Positions 47,186 through 53,507 of a stretch of 64,000 nucleotides of DNA are shown in pieces. The notes under the pieces are model-generated. The model did no database searches. It had not been told where the DNA came from and saw nothing but the letters and a program-made list of their open reading frames with translations. A program made the translations under genes and the position numbers. The first letter of the stretch is position 1; every line of letters starts with the position of its first letter. Location of the stretch: the NCBI GenBank assembly GCA_947625095.1, contig CANQMX010000002.1:58429-122428 (forward strand). The letters run 5' to 3'. Source of the DNA: an uncultured Clostridia bacterium. Lineage in GTDB: Bacteria; Bacillota; Clostridia; Christensenellales; Borkfalkiaceae.

Positions 47186-47348
47186 AAAGAAAAATACTCG
47201 TGCGCTCCCACCATTCTATCCGACCCAATAGAAACGCCTTATTTAAGCCGATAAGCGTCAATAGTAAAGTATGAGTATTTATAGGTAAAAGACGAAAAGT
47301 CTCGTTAGGTGGGTTGTAGGAGCCTTATTTTCTGCTTTTGGGCAAAAG

Positions 47349-47370
47349 AAAAAAGCCCACGTTATGGGCT
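47349..47370 (-). terminator. Rho-independent terminator after yafQ-like gene
   Basis: Minus strand agccca-taacg-tgggct followed by tttttt. Confidence 0.7.
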
Positions 47371-47396
47371 TTCCATAAAGTGGGCTATTCTTGCGG

Positions 47397-47672
47397 TCAA
47401 AACAGGTCTGAATGCGAACCCGTTCTTGACAGGTAGAGAATTATCTGTTCTCCATTCTTCTTGTAGATGAGCAACCAATCCGGTTCGATGTGGCACTCTC
47501 GGAATCCGTCATAGTTCCCGGACAACTCGTGGTCTCTGTATCTCGCATCGAGTTCTTCGTCGTTTGACAGTTTCTCAACGATGCCGAAAAGTTTATCGAG
47601 GTCTTTCCCTTGTCGCCGCACGAGTTTGAGGTCCTTCTTGAACTTTGTGGTAAAGCGAACTTCGTATCTCAT
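47397..47672 (-). CDS. yafQ: YafQ/RelE-family mRNA interferase toxin
   Basis: MRYEVRFTTKFKKDLKLVRRQGKDLDKL...HELSGNYDGFRECHIEPDWLLIY typical YafQ pattern; 4-nt overlap with the antitoxin gene. Confidence 0.85.
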   Translation of the reverse strand: MRYEVRFTTKFKKDLKLVRRQGKDLDKLFGIVEKLSNDEELDARYRDHELSGNYDGFRECHIEPDWLLIYKKNGEQIILYLSRTGSHSDLF

Positions 47673-47944
47673 ACTCCAAGCGCCTGCCTTAACGAATTGA
47701 TGTCTCTGTACCCCGTGTAGTTTTCGGGGTGCGCTTCCATTTGCTTAACCTCGTCCATTGCGGAAATGGTTTCCTCGTTCGGCAGCTTCTCGCTGACCTC
47801 AAAGGGAATCCCACGTTCGAGCAACGCACGCTTGAAGAAGATGCTTACCGCAGCGGACAACGAAAGGCCGATATTGTCGAACAACTCTTCCGCCTGTCTC
47901 TTGGTGTCTTCGTCAATGCTGATATACGTTTTCTTTGTAGCCAT
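47669..47944 (-). CDS. dinJ: RelB/DinJ-family antitoxin
   Basis: ISIDEDTKRQAEELFDNIGLSLSAAVSIFFKRALLERGIPFEV typical DinJ RHH N-terminal domain. Confidence 0.85.
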   Translation of the reverse strand: MATKKTYISIDEDTKRQAEELFDNIGLSLSAAVSIFFKRALLERGIPFEVSEKLPNEETISAMDEVKQMEAHPENYTGYRDINSLRQALGV

Positions 47945-47979
47945 ATTAACTACCTCCTTTCCTGTATTAGTATATGCTT

Positions 47980-48008
47980 ATTATATCAAAATAGAAAACG
48001 TTTGTCAA
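47980..48008 (-). promoter_or_regulatory. Perfect consensus promoter of the dinJ-yafQ operon
   Basis: Minus strand TTGACA-17 nt-TATAAT, about 35 nt upstream of ATG 47944. Confidence 0.65.
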
Positions 48009-48082
48009 ACATTTGGAAACTTTTATTTTCTAAAAGAGTAAAAAATATTCCCCCTGCTGTTAACAGGGGGAATAATCTTGCG

Positions 48083-48505
48083 TCATAGGTAATATTTGTT
48101 GCCGAGACTTGTTGCCCATCCCTCGAACCAAACGGAATCGTATGGTTTAAGGTCAGAGTATCTTTTGCGTCCGGTCCTAACAACAATTTCTCTGTACCAG
48201 TATCTTATTGCGGAAGGGATGCTTACCACAAAGGGCATCAACGGACCAAAAATAATGTTCTGGATTCCGTGGCCGCATTCGTGACGCTTAATAGACAACG
48301 AGGCGCTGTTGTTGCAGAAAAAGAAGCATCCCGCTTCAAACCCGCCCCAGTCTTTCCCGACCTCAAAGTAGACAAAATAGTGGAAACGATGAGGCTTGTG
48401 TCCGGTAACGAGGAGGGCGAGTGCGCAAACCGCTCCAACGAGAGTCATAGGAAGACCCCACGTCCACGAGAGCAACCAAAACAGAATTGCTTTAAGCGTT
48501 TTCAT
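48083..48505 (-). CDS. Multi-pass membrane protein with HExxH motif (putative membrane zincin)
   Basis: Start ATG 48505 (MKTLKAILFWLL); hydrophobic helices; KRHECGHGIQN contains HECGH. Confidence 0.55.
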   Translation of the reverse strand: MKTLKAILFWLLSWTWGLPMTLVGAVCALALLVTGHKPHRFHYFVYFEVGKDWGGFEAGCFFFCNNSASLSIKRHECGHGIQNIIFGPLMPFVVSIPSAIRYWYREIVVRTGRKRYSDLKPYDSVWFEGWATSLGNKYYL

Positions 48506-48824
48506 CACTCGTTTCCCCCTTTGTCGTATTCTTCCCCGCCTGTTTCTTCGCATAATCCTCAATCTTGTCGAACGCCGCCTGCACAAGGCTTTCAAGCAAC
48601 TGCTTTGTGAAAAACGGCTTCAAAACGGCTGGGATAATTGTCTGTAACTGCTCTACTACTATCGCCATCTTTTGCTTTCCATCGACGTCGTTGTTCTCTG
48701 CGCTGTCGATTTCTCCGGCTATGGCGGCATTTATCTTGTTCTTCACATAAAAGTACCACGAGCCGAGTGTCCCGGCGATAGTGAGTACGGCAAAAACGAT
48801 TGTTAAAATGATTTCGAGCGTCAT
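48492..48824 (-). CDS. Putative holin (LL-H-like architecture)
   Basis: 110 aa, single N-terminal TM (IILTIVFAVLTIAGTLGSWYF) plus charged soluble tail; directly downstream of the XhlA-like gene. Confidence 0.5.
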   Translation of the reverse strand: MTLEIILTIVFAVLTIAGTLGSWYFYVKNKINAAIAGEIDSAENNDVDGKQKMAIVVEQLQTIIPAVLKPFFTKQLLESLVQAAFDKIEDYAKKQAGKNTTKGETSDENA

Positions 48825-48825
48825 A

Positions 48826-49140
48826 TCAAATACCTCCTATTATAATTGCCATTAAGGCGCTAAAAAGCCCGCCCAACACTGCCGAAATAATACAACTGAT
48901 AATTGTCCGCTTGTAGTATTTCGCATTATCGGCAGGCTCGGTTTCGAGTTTTTTCAATCTGTTGCCCTGTTCCTTCTGTTCTTCGAGCATATACTTCATA
49001 TTGATAGCAAGTTCGTTGACAGAATTTGCAAGGCTGCCTATTTCCGATTGCTTTGCCTCGATGTCTTTTACACGATGTTTCAGCGACCCGATTTCGTGTT
49101 CGTGGTCGTTTAGTTTCAGTGCGATGTCGTTCTCTTCCAT
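48826..49140 (-). CDS. xhlA: XhlA-like lysis-associated membrane protein
   Basis: Start ATG 49140 (MEENDIALK); coiled-coil N-terminal part plus C-terminal TM (IISCIISAVLGGLFSALMAIIIGGI); position as in the PBSX lysis cassette. Confidence 0.55.
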   Translation of the reverse strand: MEENDIALKLNDHEHEIGSLKHRVKDIEAKQSEIGSLANSVNELAINMKYMLEEQKEQGNRLKKLETEPADNAKYYKRTIISCIISAVLGGLFSALMAIIIGGI

Positions 49141-49153
49141 AGCATTGCACCTC

Positions 49154-49333
49154 CTATTTTGCTGGCTCGCCAAGACCGCCGCAGTCTGGGCAGAGCAACT
49201 TTTCAATGTCTATCTCTTTGCCTTCGAGACAATCGTACCACACGTCGCAGGGTTGCTTACAAGGCTTTGAACTACTTTCACAAACATCACAGATATTATC
49301 TACCGTGATTTTTTGCACTTCAAGATTGGGCAT
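49154..49333 (-). CDS. Possible small Cys-rich protein (59 aa)
   Basis: Hand translation MPNLEVQKITVDNICDVCESSSKPCKQPCDVWYDCLEGKEIDIEKLLCPDCGGLGEPAK; GGAGGTGGG RBS; ATG overlaps the 3' end of the RT gene; just below the track cutoff. Confidence 0.45.
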   Translation of the reverse strand: MPNLEVQKITVDNICDVCESSSKPCKQPCDVWYDCLEGKEIDIEKLLCPDCGGLGEPAK

Positions 49334-50465
49334 AGCCCACCTCCTTATTACAATAGAATAGAGTCCGGAATAACTGTTTCATACTCCGGAGTGTGCGGTA
49401 AGCGTTACAATGTAAAAGATGACCGCACCAAGAAACGAAAGAGTCTTTGATTTTTGAGAACTCCATCCTTCCCGCATCTAACCATTGCTTGAATTTCTTC
49501 AACTTTTGTCGCATCCTCGTAATTCCTTTGCGAGCAGGTTTAACGACGACTTTTCCTGTCTCCGTAAGAAAAAACCTGTGCTTCAAGAATGTGATTCCAC
49601 GAGTGAGTTTTACGATTTGCGTCTTCTTCTCGTTGAGTTTTATCCCTATTTTCGCACACAACTCGGAGAGGTCCTTCAAACATTCTTGGAGATACTCCTT
49701 GCTTATGTGCATCATATACCCATCATCCATATACCTGCCGGACTTCCGAACCCTTCTGACCTCCTTAAAATGGTGGTCTATCGAACTCGGATACCGCAGG
49801 GCCGATATTTGAGAAATCTGACTTCCCAGACCGAGACCCTTGTCTCCTCCGAAGTCGTCTATAAGTTGGTTGATAAGACCGGACAGACGCTTATCGGAAT
49901 AAGTTTCATCGACGAGCCTTTTCAGAATATCGTGGTTGATGTTATCAAAATACTTCGAGAAATCGAACACGAGAACGTAGCCCTTTGTGCCGTATTGGCG
50001 GTAGTGTTCGTGCAACTGCCGCTTTAACCGGTTGATGGCGAAGTCTATTCCCTTGTTCTTGACACAGGCCCCATTGTCGTAAACGAATGACCGGCTGAAC
50101 AGCGGAACGAGTGAGTAGTCGCATATACATCTCTGTACAACTCTTTCGCTTATATGGACAGACTTTATATGCCTTGGCTTCCCTCGCTCCATAATGTCGA
50201 ACTCGAAGAAGCCTTTACTCTTAAACTTTCCGCTGCGCAACTGGTCGAGCGTGTTGACGACGTTCAATGAGGCGTTTGCGGTGTATCGCTGGGTGCTTGA
50301 CTTCCAATTCACACCCTTCTTGCAACACCTGTACGCCCTGTGGAGATGCTCAAAGGTAAAAACCTTATCGAAGTCTCCATACTGCTGTTCAAGCGCTACT
50401 TTCTTTGCTTCACGCTTGGCTTTTCGTCTTTGATAACGATTTTCGTGTCTTTCTTTACTATTCAT
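49320..50465 (-). CDS. DGR reverse transcriptase
   Basis: RT motifs DFSKYFDNINHD, GLGLGSQISQ (DGR-type [ILV]GxxxSQ), RYMDDGYMM (YxDD); 381 aa; TR lies about 215 nt upstream. Confidence 0.9.
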   Translation of the reverse strand: MNSKERHENRYQRRKAKREAKKVALEQQYGDFDKVFTFEHLHRAYRCCKKGVNWKSSTQRYTANASLNVVNTLDQLRSGKFKSKGFFEFDIMERGKPRHIKSVHISERVVQRCICDYSLVPLFSRSFVYDNGACVKNKGIDFAINRLKRQLHEHYRQYGTKGYVLVFDFSKYFDNINHDILKRLVDETYSDKRLSGLINQLIDDFGGDKGLGLGSQISQISALRYPSSIDHHFKEVRRVRKSGRYMDDGYMMHISKEYLQECLKDLSELCAKIGIKLNEKKTQIVKLTRGITFLKHRFFLTETGKVVVKPARKGITRMRQKLKKFKQWLDAGRMEFSKIKDSFVSWCGHLLHCNAYRTLRSMKQLFRTLFYCNKEVGYAQS

Positions 50466-50816
50466 AAAAATGTATTACTCCGTATAGCCGTGATTTGACG
50501 AAATAGGCTACTTAATTACCTACTATTAAATGGAAGTTTTCGTCGTTCTTCCACAATGCAAGAAGCGTCCAGTAGTGAATATCGGAGAATAAATTTACCC
50601 TTGCGGGAAGGTCATACACCCCTTTTGCAAAAGGCATTGATTCACGCATTATGACGTTACTATGTCGAGCCTATAAAGATTGCAAAATCCGAGGCACACG
50701 CCGTTCGAGTTGTCAGCGTTGTCGTTGTTGACGTTGCCATCGTTGTTGACGTAGAGGAAGTTGTTGGAATTGTCAACGTTAGGAGAACGGAGCCACCAGT
50801 TGTCAGTGGAGCCACC
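50466..50816 (-). ncRNA. DGR template RNA region (TR plus about 215-nt TR-RT spacer)
   Basis: Non-coding stretch between TR and the RT ATG with small palindromes (ccttttgcaaaagg about 50621-50634; cccttgcggg about 50598-50607); role inferred from other DGRs. Confidence 0.5.
50682..50816 (-). repeat. DGR template repeat (TR)
   Basis: Coding-strand sense would read GGSTDNWWLRSPNVDNSNNFLYVNNDGNVNNDNADNSNGVCLGFC, very rich in AAC codons; matches VR1 and VR2. Confidence 0.9.
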
Positions 50817-50869
50817 AACACAATGTTTACGGCATATAACCTATGATAAATTCATTCCTTCGGACAGCG

Positions 50870-51316
50870 TTAATCTACGTTGTCCTTGTACTTGCTTTGT
50901 AACTTCTTCTTCAACCCAGACAAGAGCGTCAACTCTTTCGAGATGAGTCTTGCCCAGTTCTCCCAAACCTTTGCCGGGATAGATTTCTCTTTCCCGTCCT
51001 TGTCTTTTGCGCTATAATGCGTTACAACCTTTTGCGCAACGTCCAACTGCGACGAGAGCGCTTGCAGGCTGCAAATAGCGTGGATGACATAGTTTACTCT
51101 GATTTGAGATTCTGTGGGGTTGGTAGCATAGACAGAATTTGCTGACTTTGCGTTGTTGTAAACCTGCTTTGACAGGTCCAACAGGTCCTTCGTTATAACG
51201 AAAAAGTACCGTTTCGGGAACTTGATTGCGTATCTTATCGCATATTCTTCGAGTTCCATAGCGGTTTCAAGGAACTGCACGGTGCTTTCTTCTCGGTTCT
51301 TTTCCAAGACGCCCAT
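50870..51316 (-). CDS. avd: Accessory variability determinant (Avd-like four-helix-bundle protein)
   Basis: 148 aa, helical, basic; ...FPKRYFFVITKDLLDLSKQVYNNAKSAN resembles the FPK.E...L..Q..R...SI..NIAEG pattern of the four-helix-bundle/IVS family; sits between target and TR. Confidence 0.7.
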   Translation of the reverse strand: MGVLEKNREESTVQFLETAMELEEYAIRYAIKFPKRYFFVITKDLLDLSKQVYNNAKSANSVYATNPTESQIRVNYVIHAICSLQALSSQLDVAQKVVTHYSAKDKDGKEKSIPAKVWENWARLISKELTLLSGLKKKLQSKYKDNVD

Positions 51317-51633
51317 TACCGTTTGCCCTCCACGTTTCGAGCCTCATCCGGCTCCGGTAAAACAATCTCGTCCCAATACTCTTGGTCTTTGATTTTGAGC
51401 GACTCGAAGTCAACCGTGGGGCTGACGTACTTGCCGAGGAAGAAGTCGTCGCTGGTCTTCAAGTTTCTCGAATACCAACCGGACTTGGATGCGTCCGGCT
51501 TGAACACGAGATGCCTTCTATTGGATATGACGTGAAGACGTCCATTTTCGGTATAAACAACACCCGTAAGCGCCGTTGCAACAATTTCGTCCGCCTGCCT
51601 TACTGTTTGTTTGTTCTTAAAACCTACTGTCAT
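51316..51633 (-). CDS. Hypothetical protein (105 aa) inserted between DGR target and avd
   Basis: Start ATG 51631-51633 behind AAAGGAGAAA; its stop overlaps the avd start. Confidence 0.6.
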   Translation of the reverse strand: MTVGFKNKQTVRQADEIVATALTGVVYTENGRLHVISNRRHLVFKPDASKSGWYSRNLKTSDDFFLGKYVSPTVDFESLKIKDQEYWDEIVLPEPDEARNVEGKR

Positions 51634-51657
51634 AAAATTTCTCCTTTTTGAGGTATT

Positions 51658-51683
51658 CTCTGCGCCCACACAGGGGCGCAGAG
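51658..51683 (-). other. GC-rich hairpin 14 nt downstream of the VR1 stop
   Basis: Minus strand CTCTGCGCCC-CTGTGT-GGGCGCAGAG; no T-run follows; same loop as the hairpin after VR2. Confidence 0.6.
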
Positions 51684-51697
51684 TTTCAGATTATTGA

Positions 51698-53311
51698 TTA
51701 TACGCAAAAGCCGAGGCACACGCCGCTCGAGCCGTCAGCGTAGTCGCCGCGGACGTAGCCATCGTAGTAGACGCAGAGGAAGTAGCTGGAATTGCCAACG
51801 TTCGGAGAACGGAGCCACCAGATGTCAGTGGAGCCACCCCCGTCATCAAGACTTTTAACGAGTCCGTCGTTTGCGTCGTTGGGGTCAATGTCTCCCGCTG
51901 CACTCTTGTAGTAATCGTACTGCTCGCCCTCTCCCATATAGGTGTCTGCGTAGTCCGAAATCGAGGACCAAGCGGAATTTCTTATAGCCCTCTCGGAGCA
52001 TATTTCAGCAAGCGAAAGCAGCCACAAGGAGTCATCGGACGTAACGATGTCTGTACTCGTATTGCCTGCGCTCGTTCTCTTTTTGACGGTCTTTATGACC
52101 TTTACAAGGTCGTCCGGAAGGTCTTCGAGGAGCGACTGCATCGTGCTGTTTCTCATCTCCGACTGGTCCCAACCGCCTTCATTGGTAGAACTGCCGTTCA
52201 TTGAGTAGTAGTCGGCAAGCAAATTCTTCATACCGAAAGTTATGCAAGCCTTTCCTGTACCGTCGGACAGGTCGTCGTGTTCAAATCCGAGAATAACGAA
52301 GGTTGCCGTGCCTCCCGATTTGAGTTGGACTTTCTTTTCTGCTCCAACCTTAAAGAGCGACTTTGCTCGTCCGGATTCAGCCAACGCCGCTATGACATCC
52401 CAACTCGCATTTTCAAGAGTGGGTTCCTGCGCAACGAACTTCGAGCCATTCCAGTAGATAGGCGTGTAGTCGTCGCCTATCGGAGATTTCCCAACGAGGT
52501 CCACAAGCGCAATCTCTACCGCTCCCGTTTTTCCGTTAACTTTCGTTACTGGATACGGAGGCGGATTGCTGGCGGAATACTGCTTTACGTTGTCAACGTT
52601 TCCGAGACCAACATCACCCTTTGCAATAGACACCGCTCCTGTCTTGCTGTTTACAGAGGTGACAGGGTAAGGCGGAGGGTTACTTGCAGAATATTGTCTG
52701 ACGTTATCCACATTCCCCAAACCAACATCCGCCTTTTCGTGCGTATGTGCCTTGGGGGTTCTTGCATCGGAAAGTCTGCCGTCATTGCCTTGACATACCG
52801 TCCCCGCTGCCGTGCCGAAATTTTTGTTGAACGCAGTGTTCTTGGAAAACGCCGGCTCCGCACCGACGTTCTCGGCGGTGATGTCAACCTGCCCCGTTCT
52901 GTACTTCGTTTCTGAATGACCCTTGACTCCCGTAACGGTGTTCTTCTGTGCGCCGGACTCAATGCCGTTGAGTTTTGCTTTATCTGTTGCACTCAACAGC
53001 CCTGCGGCGGAAGTCGTGGCCTCCGAAATGGTCTTATCCGCACTTCCGTCGAACTTTTCGGTTCCAATCGTAAGTGTATGATTTAATTTCTTGGCTGACG
53101 GAGCGGCGTAGGTAGCAAAAGCAGTTATCAATGAGGCAAGCTGCGAAGCAATGCTCCTGCCCGTACTTTCCGTGAGGAGCGACTTATCGGTGTAATCTTC
53201 CGAACTGACCGAACTTGACTTGCCGCTTTGAATCATAGAAAGCAAGGCTTTTAATTGGTTTACAACTTCTTGCCCTGCGCCGTCCGTAACCGGTCTATAT
53301 GATGTAGCCAA
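51698..53311 (-). CDS. Tail fibre protein, primary DGR target
   Basis: TTG start with GGAGG 8 nt upstream; duplicated DVGLGNVDNV.QYSASNPPPYPVT.VN.KTGAV fibre repeats; C-terminus ...IWWLRSPNVGNSSYFLCVYYDGYVRGDYADGSSGVCLGFCV encoded by VR1. Confidence 0.88.
   Translation of the reverse strand: MATSYRPVTDGAGQEVVNQLKALLSMIQSGKSSSVSSEDYTDKSLLTESTGRSIASQLASLITAFATYAAPSAKKLNHTLTIGTEKFDGSADKTISEATTSAAGLLSATDKAKLNGIESGAQKNTVTGVKGHSETKYRTGQVDITAENVGAEPAFSKNTAFNKNFGTAAGTVCQGNDGRLSDARTPKAHTHEKADVGLGNVDNVRQYSASNPPPYPVTSVNSKTGAVSIAKGDVGLGNVDNVKQYSASNPPPYPVTKVNGKTGAVEIALVDLVGKSPIGDDYTPIYWNGSKFVAQEPTLENASWDVIAALAESGRAKSLFKVGAEKKVQLKSGGTATFVILGFEHDDLSDGTGKACITFGMKNLLADYYSMNGSSTNEGGWDQSEMRNSTMQSLLEDLPDDLVKVIKTVKKRTSAGNTSTDIVTSDDSLWLLSLAEICSERAIRNSAWSSISDYADTYMGEGEQYDYYKSAAGDIDPNDANDGLVKSLDDGGGSTDIWWLRSPNVGNSSYFLCVYYDGYVRGDYADGSSGVCLGFCV
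51704..51838 (-). repeat. DGR variable repeat VR1
   Basis: 135 bp aligned by hand to TR without gaps: 18 mismatches, 17 at TR coding-strand adenines and 1 synonymous non-A change (CCT/CCG Pro). Confidence 0.9.
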
Positions 53312-53325
53312 AACTGTAACCTCCT

Positions 53326-53496
53326 TTATTTGTTTTCGACGACAATAACATAGCCTTCGCTATCTTTCGATAAGCAAAGGCCAGTGTCCTTTTGATAATG
53401 GGCTGTTATGTCGTTCCCATCTTTGTCATATATAACTCCGACCGGCAGCAGTTTGCCGTCCTTATCTTTTACATAAGGCGTTACTATATCTGCCAT
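53326..53496 (-). CDS. Possible small protein (56 aa) between the two fibre genes
   Basis: Hand translation MADIVTPYVKDKDGKLLPVGVIYDKDGNDITAHYQKDTGLCLSKDSEGYVIVVENK; AAGGAGGTG RBS; below the track cutoff. Confidence 0.5.
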   Translation of the reverse strand: MADIVTPYVKDKDGKLLPVGVIYDKDGNDITAHYQKDTGLCLSKDSEGYVIVVENK

Positions 53497-53507
53497 CACG
53501 CACCTCC

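Larger units (their letters stand above)
49320..53311 (-). mobile_element. Diversity-generating retroelement cassette (target/VR1 - orf105 - avd - TR - RT)
   Basis: Co-oriented RT, Avd-like gene, TR and VR with adenine-specific differences; see component features. Confidence 0.9.

Noticed and set aside
46897-47214. 105-aa minus-strand ORF (…FSLLFFTLLYFSLLYFTL…)
   Set aside because: It is a low-complexity translation of AT-rich direct repeats upstream of promoter P3, with no RBS and no coding-like composition.
49320-50465. Reverse transcriptase as a retron, group II intron or defence-associated RT
   Set aside because: Several features point to a DGR: a TR/VR pair with adenine-specific differences, an upstream Avd-like gene, the GxxxSQ motif and the small size. 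I saw no intron RNA domains, no maturase or endonuclease extension, and no msr/msd-type inverted repeats with a conserved branching G context.
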